Shown: in pieces, positions 36,775-50,524 of the stretch
How the letters are laid out: each line of letters begins with the position of its first letter
How positions within the stretch are numbered: the first letter of the stretch is position 1
Source: the human T2T-CHM13v2.0 reference genome, Homo sapiens
Length of the DNA: 64,000 nucleotides
Assembly (NCBI RefSeq): GCF_009914755.1
Contig: NC_060937.1
Direction: 5' to 3' (one strand)
The notes under the pieces: model-generated
What the model was told of the DNA's origin: nothing
What the model saw: only the letters and a program-made list of their open reading frames with translations
The model's database searches: none
Position numbers and translations under genes: made by a program

Positions 36775-38905
36775 CTGGGTGGTGCACAGCTGGAGTCCCA
36801 GCTACGCGGAGGCAGAGGTCGCAGTGAGCCGAGATTGCACCTGGGTGGTGCACAGCTGGAGTCCCAGCTACGCGGAGGCAGAGGTCGCAGTGAGCCGAGA
36901 TTGCACCTGGGTGGTGCACAGCTGGAGTGCCAGCTACTCGGAGGCAGAGGTCGCAGTGAGCCGAGATTGCACCTGGGTGGCGCACAGCTGGAGTGCCAGC
37001 TACTCGGAGGCAGAGGTCGCAGTGAGCCGAGATTGCACCTGGGTGGCGCACAGCTGGAGTCCCAGCTACGCGGAGGCAGAGGTCGCAGTGAGCCGAGATT
37101 GCACCTGGGTGGTGCACAGCTGGAGTGCCAGCTACTCGGAGGCAGAGGTCGCAGTGAGCCGAGATTGCACCTGGGTGGTGCACAGCTGGAGTGCCAGCTA
37201 CGCGGAGGCAGAGGTCGCAGTGAGCCGAGATTGCACCTGGGTGGTGCACAGCTGGAGTCCCAGCTACGCGGAGGCAGAGGTCGCAGTGAGCCGAGATTGC
37301 ACCTGGGTGGTGCACAGCTGGAGTCCCAGCTACGCGGAGGCAGAGGTCGCAGTGAGCCGAGATTGCACCTGGGTGGTGCACAGCTGGAGTCCCAGCTACG
37401 CGGAGGCAGAGGTCGCAGTGAGCCGAGATTGCACCTGGGTGGTGCACAGCTGGAGTCCCAGCTACGCGGAGGCAGAGGTCGCAGTGAGCCGAGATTGCAC
37501 CTGGGTGGTGCACAGCTGGAGTGCCAGCTACTCGGAGGCAGAGGTCGCAGTGAGCCGAGATTGCACCTGGGTGGTGCACAGCTGGAGTGCCAGCTACTCG
37601 GAGGCAGAGGTCGCAGTGAGCCGAGATTGCACCTGGGTGGTGCACAGCTGGAGTCCCAGCTACTCGGAGGCAGAGGTCGCAGTGAGCCGAGATTGCACCT
37701 GGGTGGTGCACAGCTGGAGTCCCAGCTACGCGGAGGCAGAGGTCGCAGTGAGCCGAGATTGCACCTGGGTGGTGCACAGCTGGAGTGCCAGCTACTTGGA
37801 GGCAGAGGTCGCAGTGAGCCGAGATTGCACCTGGGTGGTGCACAGCTGGAGTCCCAGCTACGCGGAGGCAGAGGTCGCAGTGAGCCGAGATTGCACCTGG
37901 GTGGTGCAACGCTGGAGTGCCAGCTACTCGGAGGCAGAGGTCGCAGTGAGCCGAGATTGCACCTGGGTGGTGCACAGCTGGAGTGCCAGCTACTCGGAGG
38001 CAGAGGTCGCAGTGAGCCGAGATTGCACCTGGGTGGTGCACAGCTGGAGTCCCAGCTACGCGGAGGCAGAGGTCGCAGTGAGCCGAGATTGCACCTGGGT
38101 GGTGCACAGCTGGAGTCCCAGCTACGCGGAGGCAGAGGTCGCAGTGAGCCGAGATTGCACCTGGGTGGTGCACAGCTGGAGTGCCAGCTACTCGGAGGCA
38201 GAGGTCGCAGTGAGCCGAGATTGCACCTGGGTGGTGCACAGCTGGAGTGCCAGCTACGCGGAGGCAGAGGTCGCAGTGAGCCGAGATTGCACCTGGGTGG
38301 TGCACAGCTGGAGTCCCAGCTACGCGGAGGCAGAGGTCGCAGTGAGCCGAGATTGCACCTGGGTGGTGCACAGCTGGAGTGCCAGCTACTCGGAGGCAGA
38401 GGTCGCAGTGAGCCGAGATTGCACCTGGGTGGTGCACAGCTGGAGTCCCAGCTACGCAGAGGCAGAGGTCGCAGTGAGCCGAGATTGCACCTGGGTGGTG
38501 CACAGCTGGAGTGCCAGCTACGCGGAGGCAGAGGTCGCAGTGAGCCGAGATTGCACCTGGGTGGTGCACAGCTGGAGTCCCAGCTACTCGGAGGCAGAGG
38601 TCGCAGTGAGCCGAGATTGCACCTGGGTGGTGCACAGCTGGAGTCCCAGCTACGCGGAGGCAGAGGTCGCAGTGAGCCGAGATTGCACCTGGGTGGTGCA
38701 CAGCTGGAGTCCCAGCTACGTGGAGGCAGAGGTCGCAGTGAGCCGAGATTGCACCTGGGTGGTGCACAGCTGGAGTCCCAGCTACGCGGAGGCAGAGGTT
38801 GCAGTGAGCCGAGACTGCACCACTGCACCCAGCCCAGGTGATGGAACCAGACCCTATCTCAAAAAATAAATTTTAAAAAAAGTTTTTAAACTTTTAAAAA
38901 ATAAA
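36775..38905 (+). repeat. Alu-derived 66-bp minisatellite, 31 copies (36775-38820), ending in a native Alu 3' end and A-rich tail
   Basis: Unit ctgggtggtgcacagctggagtcccagctacgcggaggcagaggtcgcagtgagccgagattgcac; exact 66-bp register from 36775 to 38755; followed by cactgcacccagcccaggtga...tctcaaaaaataaa. Confidence 0.97.
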
Positions 38906-39194
38906 AATGAACAAACTCGGCGGCTCAGCCTAGTCGCAGTGACCTAGAGGGAGAGAAGCAGGAAGGAAAGGACACAGCCCCTGATGCTTTCTCCAGGGCC
39001 TCCCTCCCATGCTGACGGCCCTGAGTGCCCGCGCCCGCAGATCCCAGGTTTAGGTGCAGGGAGTGAGCGGAGGCCAGGATCTCAGGAAGGCCCGGGGTGG
39101 AGATGAGCCTTGGGGTCGCTTGAACACCCACCGCGCTCCACGTTGCATGGGGCGCCGTGGGCCACACAGACGGTCAACTCCTCCTCTTTCCCAG

Positions 39195-39309
39195 GCTCCT
39201 GGCCCAGCTGAACGAAACCGAGGCTGCCTTCGATGAGTTCTGGGCAAAGCATCAGCAGAAACTGGAGCAGTGTCTGCAGCTCCGGCACTTTGAGCAGGGC
39301 TTCCGGGAG
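39195..39309 (+). CDS. MCF2L: MCF2L exon, spectrin-like region: LLAQLNETEAAFDEFWAKHQQKLEQCLQLRHFEQGFRE
   Basis: ctctttcccag|G ... GAG|gtgagt; 115 nt, phase 2/0. Confidence 0.96.
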
Positions 39310-39769
39310 GTGAGTGGCCCTGGGTGGAGCCGGCAGCCGCCCTGATGCTCACGGGGCCTCCTGTGCCTGCGCCCTGGTCCCAGTGCCGGGAGCTGAGCCG
39401 TGCCACCCAGTTGACTTTGGCTTAATGCAGAAAAGTCTCCGCTTGCCAGGTGGAGCCTGTGAGATTAAGTCAGGCTGAGCCTTGAAATGCACGATTGATG
39501 ACTGCGTCATTGTATAGAAAGGTGATTGAAAATCAGCTCACTGGGATGCACTTACACTGCATTATTCGTAAAGTAGCAGGAAGCCTTTGCTCTCCCTTCA
39601 TAGTCATTTGCATGCCCTTTTATTCAACATGCATGTAGGATGTGCCTGCTGTGTGCCAGACTGTAGGACGGCGTCACAGTCATGAGGTGCACAGCGACAC
39701 GGCCAGTGCAGCCAGACCCAGACGTCTCCCTCCTGCGGCCCTTCGTGGACTCACCCATGTCCCTCCTCA

Positions 39770-42500
39770 GCCCCCGGCAACCACTCATCTGTTTCCGTGG
39801 CTGTGCTTTTGCCATTTCAAGAATGTGACATTAATGAATCCCACAGAATGTCACTCTCGGGATTTGTTTGTTTGCTCAGCACAGCTCTCTGCAGACCCCC
39901 AGGTGCCGGTGGCTCACTCATTGTGTTCCCCGGTGTGGACGGACCACAGTTCTTTCAATCATTCACCTGTTGAAGGGTATCTGGGTTGTTTCCGGATTTG
40001 AGTATTACAGATAAAGCTGTTACAAACATTGATATACTGATGTTGGTGTAAATGTAAGTTTTCATTTCTTGGGCTTAAGTGCCCAGAATGTAATTGCAGG
40101 GTTATATAGTAGTTGCATGTTTCGTTTAAGAAAATGCCAAACGGTTCTCAGTGTATGAGAGACTAGTTGCTTCCCCTTTCCCCAGCACGTGGTGGGGTAG
40201 TGATTCTTCATATTATGCTCACATCCTGATGTGTGTGCCATCTCACGGTGGTTTTCTGTTGCGTTTCCCCAGTGTTGATGGTGCTAAACACCTTTCCACG
40301 TGCTTATTTGCCATTCGCATATCCTCTTTGGTAAAATGTCTTATTTCTGTTGCCCATTTTCTAACTGGATTGTTTGGTTTTGTGCTTTTGTTTTACGGTT
40401 TTGTTACATTTTGAGAATTCCTTATATACTGCAGATACTAGTTCTTTGCCACATATGTGGTTTGCGAATATTTTCTCCTGGTCTGTAACTTGTCTTTTCA
40501 TCCTCTTTAACAGGGTTTTTCACGTAGCCAAAGCATTTAATTTTGACGAACTCCAATTTGTCAATTTCTCCTTTTAAGGTTTATACTTTTGGTCCTAGAT
40601 TCCAAGTATATTCCCCTAAGCCTTTTTCCCCTCAAATTTCATAGTTTTACATTGAAGTCTATGACCTAATTTGAGCTAATTTTTGTATAAGGTATGAGAA
40701 TTAGATCATGATTTGTTTTACCTCTGGATGTCCAATTGCTGTAGCACTGTTTGTTGAAAAGGCCCTTTCTTCCACTGGATTTCTTCTCCACCGTTGTCAA
40801 AGCTCTGGGCACATTTGTGTGGGTCTGTTCTGGAGACTCTCTATTCAATTATGTTTATCTACATACCTCTTCCTCTGTCTGTACCACAAGGTCTTAATTG
40901 CTGCAACTATATAATGTCTTGAAATCAAGTACACTCATTCTTCCCTCTTTGTTTTCTTTTTCAAAATTGTGTTAGCTTCTAGTTCTTTTGCCTTTTCATG
41001 GCAATTTTAAAATTATCTTGTCTACATATATGAAAACAAATTTCCTGGGGTTTTCATAGGAGTTGTGTTAAACCTATATTTTAAGGAGAAGAAATGTCTT
41101 TACTGTGTTGACTCTTCTAGTCAACAAACATGGTATTCCCAACATTTGATTTCTTTCATCAGTGTCGAGTAGTTCTCAGCACACAAGTTCAGTACGTATT
41201 TTGTTTGACTTACCTTTAATATTCCACTTTAAGAAGTCATCACAGTATTATATTTTTAATTTTGGCATTTATGTATTCATTGCTGCACATAGAAACACAA
41301 TTGATTTTTGTATATTTATCTTGTCTCCTGCGACCTTGCTGAGCACACGTATTTGAGATGGTTTTTTGTGAAGTCCTTGACATTTTCCATATAGACCATC
41401 ATGTCATGTGCAAATAAGGACAGTTTGGTTTCTTCCTTTTTGAAGATATGCCTTTTATTCTACCCCCCACCCACAACACCCTGCCCCACTGCGTACTGCC
41501 CCAACTAGAGCTTCCACCATATGATAAGAGTGGCGAGACTGGACATCTCTGCTTTGTCCCCAACCTTAGGAGGAAAGTGTTTAGTTTTTCACTGTCAGGT
41601 GTAATGTTAGTTGTAGGATTCTTGTAGATGCTCAATAAAACTATCTGGGCCTAGAGATTTCTTTGGGAGACTTTTAAAATTATGAATTCAGTGTCCTTAA
41701 TAGTTACGCAACTATTGAAACTATCTGTTTCACAATGAGATATAGTAGTGTGCTTTTCAAGGCAATGTGTAGGGTTGTTTATAGTATTCTTTCTTATCTT
41801 TTTGACGTCTGCAGGGTCTGTAGTGATATTCCCTGTTTCATTTCTGATATTTGTAATTTGCATCTTTTCCTTTTTTCTTTGTCAATCTAGATTGAGATGT
41901 ATCACTCCTCATCTTTCCAAAGAACTCGTTCTTTGTTTCATTAGTTTTCTCTGTTGTTTTCTGTTCTCAGTTTCATTGATTTCTGATCCTACCTTTATTA
42001 TTTCTACAAATTGCTTTGGTGGGAACTTACATTCTTTATTTGAGACTGTTCCTCTTTTCTAACATACATATTTAATAAGAACACTATAAATTTCCCTCTC
42101 ATCACTGATTTAGCTGTGTTCCACAAATTTTGATGTATTGTATTTTCTTTTTCATTTACTCCAGCTTTTTTTTTTTTTTTTTCCAATTTCCCTTGGAACT
42201 TCCTCTTTGACCCATCCATTCTTTAAATGTATGTTGTTTGGCTTCCAGTGTTCAGAGATTTTCCCGTTGTCTTTCCATTCTTGATTTCAAGTTTGATTCA
42301 TTGTAATCAGAGAACATACTCTGTATGATTTCTGTTCTTATAAATGTGTTGAGATTTGTTTTGCAGCCCAAGAATATGGTCTTTCTTGGTATATGTTCCT
42401 CACTTGAAAAGAATGTGTATTCTGCTATTGTTAGGTGAAGTTTTATACATATCAGTTAGATCCTGTTGGTTGATGGTATTGAGTTCTTCTATATCCGAGC
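39770..42500 (-). mobile_element. Old decayed L1 (L1M-type), antisense, fragmented
   Basis: T-rich strand; minus-strand ORF fragments resemble L1 ORF2 (QITNIRNETGNITTDPADVKKI, KSVMRGKFI, EKLNTFLLRLGTKQRCPVSPLL). Confidence 0.85.
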
Positions 42501-42761
42501 TAGTTTCTGAGAGGTGGTGCATTATCCATAACTCAGTGGCTGTGCGTAACATGGAGAGAAGTCTCACTCATCAGCTGTGCCAGATGCAGGGGGTTCAAGG
42601 ATGGACAAGAATCCTGCCTTCCTGGCCTTCAACCCCAGGCCATCTGAACTACAACCCCCTTGGCACTGGGATGTCTGCGTACACACCCATTCTCAGGATC
42701 ATTTCCAATAACAAAAATTAAAAGCTTTTGTATTTAAAGGAATAAGTGGTCATATGTTTTA

Positions 42762-43063
<302 letters not shown>

Positions 43064-43579
43064 TTAAAAATTAAAATAAAAATCATTTCTATGACACCCA
43101 TTGTCTTCCTGCCAACAGCAGAAATCGTAGACATTAGAAGTTAGTAGCAAGCTAGAAGGGACTGAGTTACATAACTCTCCACACCTAGGATCCAGTAGGA
43201 ATGCTGACAATTCCAGTGTCCATATTGCTGCTGGCTTTCGGCTCCCAGGGCCTTTGTCCTTGCGTGATCTCATCTTCTCCTCATGCTGTTTTCAGGCGTG
43301 TGGTTGATAAACGGAGGCACACACAAGCCACAGAGAAACAATTGTTCTGCCAGTGAGGTCACTGGTGGGTAGCGTCGACCCAGAGGCCCCACGGTCCCCG
43401 CTTGATTGGTGACCACTCGGGGCCGACTTTGCACCTGTCTGACTGTGGTCCCTGCTTGATTGATGACCACTTGGCCCGACTTTGAATTCTGTCATTTCCC
43501 TGATCTGGAGCACTGGAGTGGGTTCTCTCTGTTCAGGTGAGGGAGACACCCCCCTGAGATGGGCCCTCCTCTGTTCCAG

Positions 43580-43699
43580 GTCAAAGCCATCTTGGACGCA
43601 GCGTCCCAGAAGATAGCAACCTTCACAGACATCGGCAACAGCCTGGCGCATGTGGAGCACCTGCTGAGGGACCTGGCCAGCTTCGAGGAGAAATCAGGC
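43580..43699 (+). CDS. MCF2L: MCF2L exon, spectrin repeat: VKAILDAASQKIATFTDIGNSLAHVEHLLRDLASFEEKSG
   Basis: ctctgttccag|GTC ... GGC|gtaagg; 120 nt, phase 0/0. Confidence 0.96.
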
Positions 43700-44133
43700 G
43701 TAAGGCGGGGTCCCGGCGGGGGCGGCGGGAGAGTGTGGGCAGCATCATCAAGTGCTGCTCAGGAAGGCGCAGGAATGGGCCTCCCGCCTACGGAGAACGG
43801 ACCCCACAGCCCCCCGGGGATGTCCATGGGGTGGGGGGTGCTGCTGCCTGTACCCCTCCCCTCCCACACCCCACCCACAGCACATGGCCCTGCCCGGCCT
43901 CCTCTGGGTCAGGTCCCTGCAGACGGTCAATGCCTTTGCTGGGACCACCACAGCCCCCAGAAGCACTTGCCACAGAACAGCTTCGGGGATTAAGCAGCAT
44001 CTCAGGCATCCGCAGCAGTAAACAAAGAAATCAAGACACACGTGTGCCCCGGGACACACATCCCGTACAGCAAGGCACTGTGTGCCTCGAACAGAAAGAG
44101 GCCTGAGCTGGTCCTCTGGGTGGCCGTCCACAG

Positions 44134-44801
<668 letters not shown>

Positions 44802-44869
44802 TAAGGCCTGGTTGATCCTACTGCACTTACCCTGCCTCTCCAGGCCCCGCCCTGGGTAATTCACTGGTG

Positions 44870-44960
44870 TTGTCCAGCACTGTGTCCCCTTGGGATTGGC
44901 CTTGTCCAGCACTGTGTCCCCTTGGGATTGGCCTTGTCCAGCACTGTGTCCCCTTGGGGT
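44870..44960. repeat. 32-bp tandem repeat x~2.8
   Basis: ttgtccagcactgtgtccccttggg at 44870, 44902, 44934. Confidence 0.9.
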
Positions 44961-45101
44961 GCTTTGGACAGGGTGGCGGGAGCACGAGGAGTCGGTGGCC
45001 CGGGATCTGTCGGGAGGACACCCCGGCAGTGTGTGCCTGGACAGGGTGACGCTCTCACCCTCTCACGGCGTCCTGCCCTCGGCAATGCTCTGTGTTTCCA
45101 G

Positions 45102-45293
45102 TCCATGAAGTGGTGTGATGAAGGGATTTACCTGCTGGCCTCACAACCTGTGGACAAGTGCCAGTCCCAGGACGGCGCGGAGGCTGCCCTCCAGGAAATC
45201 GAGAAGTTTTTGGAGACCGGTGCGGAAAATAAGATCCAGGAGCTCAACGCGATTTACAAGGAATACGAATCCATCCTCAACCAAGATCTCATG
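45102..45293 (+). CDS. MCF2L: MCF2L exon: SMKWCDEGIYLLASQPVDKCQSQDGAEAALQEIEKFLETGAENKIQELNAIYKEYESILNQDLM
   Basis: tgtgtttccag|TCC ... ATG|gtaacg; 192 nt, phase 0/0. Confidence 0.96.
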
Positions 45294-45367
45294 GTAACGC
45301 TGACTCGGGCTCTCCATTTGCAGCTTGCTGTCCCGAGCAGTGAGGCATTCCTCTGTGGGAAGTTTGA

Positions 45368-45700
<333 letters not shown>

Positions 45701-46187
45701 CATTTAATGAATTACTACCAAATAATAGGCATATGAGAGAAACACACAGTTGGGAGGTCAAGCTGAATTTTCCTTTCAACACAGAAATTATTTCCACGCC
45801 AACCCTGCGAGGTGGCCATCCCGCCTCCGCTGGCAGACTTTGTGGCATGGGTGTGTTCTTCAGGAAGGGCCTGGCCCTGGGACCTGGTGATGCCCTTGAG
45901 ACCAGGCTCCTCCTGAGCCCTCCACATGCCTGGGGAAGGCTGCAGGCCCCTCCCTCGCATGGAGCTGCCCTTTCCCGAGGCCGGGGCCCCGTCCCGTGTG
46001 GGGGCTGCATCCCCCTCTCCGTCCGTAGTGGCCAGGGCTGGACACAGCTGCGCTGCGCTGACAGACCCCGCATGGAGAACATTTAAAGCGGGGGTTGGGC
46101 GTGCCCCGGCACGTTCTGCGCCTGACTGTGTATTTTTAGTGATGACACCAACATGTGCAAGGCACCTTACTGAGCATGCGGTTTCAG

Positions 46188-46347
46188 GAGCACGTGCGAA
46201 AGGTCTTCCAGAAGCAGGCAAGCATGGAGGAGGTGTTCCACCGCAGGCAGGCCAGCCTGAAGAAGCTGGCGGCCAGGCAGACGCGGCCCGTGCAGCCGGT
46301 GGCCCCCAGACCCGAGGCACTGGCAAAGTCGCCCTGCCCCTCCCCAG
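46188..46347 (+). CDS. MCF2L: MCF2L exon: EHVRKVFQKQASMEEVFHRRQASLKKLAARQTRPVQPVAPRPEALAKSPCPSP(G)
   Basis: ggtttcag|GAG ... CCAG|gtctgt; 160 nt, phase 0/1. Confidence 0.95.
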
Positions 46348-47181
46348 GTCTGTGTGGCCGCCCGGTGCCCCGGGTGCTGTGGGACCCTCGGGGGAGCCCC
46401 GGGCGTTGAGAGCTTGGTACATCTGAGGCAGCCACCTGCGAAAACTGTCTCCACACGCCTCCTCCCCTTCCACCTCCGGGCCCCAGTTCAGGGCCTGAGG
46501 GCCGGTTCCCGCCACCCCTCACCCATGTTTATAAATGGAGTTTTGTCAGGACGCGGCCACGCCCATCCTGTGCCACGCACATCTTGTAGGCATCGTTGTG
46601 GCTGCTTTTCCATGAGGCTGGCAGGGTTCAGTGGTCTCAGTGAAGCCCACGTGGCCCAAAACTGGAAACACAGAGCTCCCACAGAGGAACCATCTCCGGC
46701 CTTCCCAGCTCCAGCCTCTCCACAGTCCGTCCTTTCCCGGTGCTATTGCCAAACAACATTCCTCACACACGGCCCAGACCCTGGGCTCCAGGAGCCCTGA
46801 AGAGCCACGTCCACGCACCTCAGTCCGGCGCGCATTGCTGGTCCCAAACCCGCCCTCTATGCCGAGCCAGGCACGGCGCCATTTCCCAGAGACTTTCCCG
46901 CCACCTCCGTGTCTCAAAACGAACCCTCTTCCCATCCTTGCTGGTTTCTCACACACGAACCCACCAGGCGAGCTGCTGCCCCAGCTTTGGCGAAAGTCAG
47001 CTGTCAATCTCAGGGGCCCCGGGGGCCAGGCTCTTGCCTTCCTGTGCTGGGTCCCAGGCGACCTTATTTTCTGCCTGTTGGGAGCTCTCCCAGGTCGGAG
47101 CCCACAGGCGCTGTGTCCCCGTGGGCTGTGGGAACGTGGGGTGACTCAGGGCAGTGAGGCCCCACCGTCCTCCCCCTTCCC

Positions 47182-47406
47182 GCACCACCACCTGTGGCCT
47201 CAGAGGCCAAGTCCTGCCCACGCCACCACCTGTGGCCTCAGAGGCCAAGTCCTGCCCACGCCACCACCTGTGGCCTCAGAGGCCAAGTCCTGCCCACGCC
47301 ACCACCTGTGGCCCCAGAGGCCAAGTCCTGCCCATGCCACCCCCTGTGGCCTCAGAGGCCAAGTCCTGCCCACGCCACCACCTGTGGCCTCAGAGGCCGA
47401 GTCCTA
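47182..47406. repeat. 38-bp minisatellite x~6
   Basis: ccaccacctgtggcctcagaggccaagtcctgcccacg; period 38 (47191, 47229...). Confidence 0.94.
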
Positions 47407-47498
47407 CCCTCTCCTCGGGGCCTTTTCCCGCTGGGTGCACTTCCCCTCTCCAGAGGGTCAGAGGGGACTTCATGCCCCGCTCCCCTTCTTCCCAACAG

Positions 47499-47572
47499 GC
47501 ATTCGGCGAGGCTCTGAGAACTCCAGCTCCGAGGGCGGTGCGCTCCGGAGAGGGCCCTACCGGAGGGCCAAG
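47499..47572 (+). CDS. MCF2L: MCF2L exon: IRRGSENSSSEGGALRRGPYRRAK
   Basis: cttcttcccaacag|GC ... AAG|gtgagg; 74 nt, phase 1/0. Confidence 0.94.
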
Positions 47573-47801
47573 GTGAGGCTTGCCCAAGACAACCCCGCCA
47601 TCCACACCCCCCTCCTTGGTTCACGCTGGGCCTGGTTCTCCGTGTGGCCCCCCCTCCCGGGCACTGCCCAGCTACCTGGCCAGCTCCCCATCGTGGGAAT
47701 TCAGCCCTGTCCCCATACGGGAACTGGTGGGCTCTGGCCTTGAGAGTTGGCCCTTGAGGTTCCGTCCCGCCTTTCAGACCTGACGCTGTTTTTCTCCCCA
47801 G

Positions 47802-47875
47802 AGTGAGATGAGTGAGAGCCGGCAGGGCCGCGGCTCAGCGGGGGAGGAGGAGGAAAGCCTGGCCATCCTGCGCAG
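47802..47875 (+). CDS. MCF2L: MCF2L exon: SEMSESRQGRGSAGEEEESLAILR(R)
   Basis: tttttctccccag|AGT ... CGCAG|gtgggt; 74 nt, phase 0/2. Confidence 0.94.
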
Positions 47876-48867
47876 GTGGGTGCGCTGCCCTTCTGTCCTC
47901 ACAGGGGCCCTCCGACCGCAGCCTGAACCACCAGATGCCGTCAGGCACTCGAGCAGATGCCTCACAGATAGAAGGCTGGTGCAGAAGTCATTGTGGTTCT
48001 TACTTTTGCACCAACCGATACCCAGAGGGCCTGCCGTGGCTCGAGCGTGTGTCCTGGTCCCCACCGCGTGAAGCACACACACGCCGCACACACACCACTC
48101 GGGATTCAGGAGGGAAGAGAGGGCGATGGCTGAATGCAACAGTGAAGGGGCATCTTTGCCCCAGCAAGAGCCTCCACCCGCCACTGCCATTCACAGGAGA
48201 CACCACTCAAAGGCCCCAACCAGCACCAGCTGCAGCAGCAGTCACCAGCTGCTCAGGGCTCAGTGTGGCAGGCAGTGGTGCCAGGCAGCTGGTGTGTGGG
48301 AGGGCATCGTCTCCAGCCCTCCTTTTCCCCTGGGATTCCTGGACCCTCAAACTCAGGGAGTGTTGTGCAAACAAAAGCAGTTCTCTTTCCTCCTTCACCT
48401 TTAAGAAAGAAAGACCTCACTGGTGCAGGGCCAGGGAATGCAGGTCCCCAGAGCAAAACTGGGAAGGAGCCAAACACCCATGAGGCACACGCGGCTCCCT
48501 CCCAGAGGCCCTCGAGGAAGAGGAGGAGGCCACACACCGACCAGGCACCCGCCACTGGCTTCACACTTTGCACTGTCTCCGTTTTTAGTATTTGCACTGA
48601 ATATGTTTGCAAGAGACGCTTGGAACCACCTCTCCCCCTTTCACCATCAAAACTCCAAAATCAGGAAAGAAGAAAAGGCTCTTCCTGATGTGTTGACAAG
48701 CAGGTGTCCGCAGGCAGCGCCAGTGTGACCCTGCAGGGTTGGGAGACGGCGCAAAATTGGGAATTACAGGAAACTGAGCTTGGTGTGAAAGCTGAGTCTG
48801 TCACTTCCGGCTTCTGATGGAAGCTGGTGAAACAGGATGGGAAGGAAGAGGGGCTTGCCAAGAAGCG

Positions 48868-49650
48868 TCCAGGCAGAGGATTGTCCACACGGAGGAGGGT
48901 CCAAGCAGAGGGGCGTCTGCACGGAGGAGGGTCCAGGCAGAGGAACGTCCAGGCAAGGGAGGGTCCACACAGAAGAGGGTCCAGGTAGAAGGCTATCCGC
49001 ACGGAGGAGGGTCCAGGCAGAGGAGTGTCCATACGGAGGAGAGTCCAGGCAGAGGAGTGTCCATATGGAGGAGAGTCCAGGCAGAGGAGTGTCCATACCG
49101 AGGAGAGTCCAGGCAGAGGAACGTCTGAATGGAGGAGGGTCCAGGCAGAGGAGAGTCCATACGGAAGAGGGTCCAGGCAGAGGGGCATCCACACAGAGGA
49201 GGGTCCAGGCAGGGGAGTGTTCGTATGGAGGAGAGTCCAGGCAGAGGAGTGTCCGTACCGAGGAGAGTCCAGGCAGAGGAATGTCTGAATGGAGGAGGGT
49301 CCAGGCAGAGGAGAGTCCATACGGAAGAGGGTCCAGGCAGAGGGGCATCCGCACAGAGGAGGGTCCAGGCAGGGGAGTGTTCGTATGGAGGAGAGTCCAG
49401 GCAGAGGAGTGTCCATACCGAGGAGAGTCCAGGCAGAGGAACGTCTGAATGGAGGAGGGTCCAGGCAGAGGAGAGTCCATACGGAAGAGGGTCCAGGCAG
49501 GGGGGCATCCGCACAGAGGAGGGTCCAGGCAGGAGAGTGTTCGTATGGAGGAGGGTCCAGGCAGAGGAGTGTCTGTACGGAGGAGGGTCCAGGCAGAGGA
49601 GTGTCCATACGGAGGAGGGTCTAGGCAGAGGGGCGTCCGCAGGGAGGAGC
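48868..49650. repeat. 32-bp purine-rich minisatellite (~24 units) with a 160-bp higher-order period
   Basis: gtccaggcagaggagtgtccatacggaggag units; the distinctive ccgaggagag...tctgaatgg variant recurs at 49098, 49258, 49418. Confidence 0.93.
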
Positions 49651-50524
49651 AGCAAGTGCTCGGCCCTGAGACGCAGAAGGAGTGGCCCTCGGCTGGCAGT
49701 TCCTGGGTTGTGAGAGGGAGTCCAGAGCCCTCTTGCTCCCCAGTCCTCTCCCCTGTGCCGAGTCCGGGGCCTCTGCGGGCCGACAGCTGTCTTAGAACAA
49801 GCTTGCTGAACAACCTCAACCCAGGACCAGCCCCCTGGCTCCAGTTTCTGTGCATCACATAAGCAGGCAGGGCCGTAGGCTGCTGAAAGGTGCTCACACC
49901 CACAGCAAGACCTGCGCAGCCAGCTTGTGCACCCTCCCCTTCTGGATCCAGTGTGGTGGGTGCAGGGTCACTCCCCGGACCACCACTGCCCACCTGCTGT
50001 GTGTGAGGGCGTGGGCAGGGGGCAGCTCTGGCGATGCCAGACCCCCGCCCTGGCCACGAGGGGCCACACAGATACCCACCACGAGGAAGGCTCAGGGAGG
50101 CCGGGCAGCAGGCGGGCGTCTTCTTGGCAGAAGAGACTCGGGTGGATTCTAGGGATGGGTCCTAGGAGTAGGATGACTTGCCCATGAGCGTGAGGAACTC
50201 AGCTCATTTTGCACAGGTGGGACCCAAAAGCCCAGGAGGCGAGTCTGGGAATCCCTCCTACCAGGCGGTGTGTGCCGGGCCAGGGGCAAGACACTGCCGG
50301 CCAGTCTGGGAACCAGGGAGGCTTCAGCCGCCGTCTGCAGGGTCTGAGGCCGCGAGCTGGGAGGGGAACCCCGAGGAGCGTCCAGCCCGTGGGCTTTGGG
50401 TCGCCGCCAGTCCCCTCCTGCTGGGCAGGCCATCATTCTAGGTGGCACCTGTGAGACTGTGGAGCAGACCATTCCTGCTCTCCCAGTGCTAACCTTTTTT
50501 GCTCTCCACATGACCTGCCACCAG

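Noticed and set aside
36677-38869. Four ORFs of 668-730 aa on both strands
   Set aside because: They result from a 66-bp (3n) unit lacking stops in four frames; pure 22-aa periodicity, Alu-derived, no exon structure.
36775-38905. SVA element or CRISPR-like array
   Set aside because: No CCCTCT hexamer head, SINE-R or SVA-type VNTR unit. Units are contiguous with no unique spacers and no cas genes; the DNA is eukaryotic.
46631-47743. 370-aa ORF overlapping exon 47499
   Set aside because: Mostly intronic low-complexity sequence crossing the 38-bp VNTR; only IRRG...RRAK is bounded by splice sites.
48661-49993. 315-409 aa repetitive ORFs
   Set aside because: Products of the 32/160-bp minisatellite.
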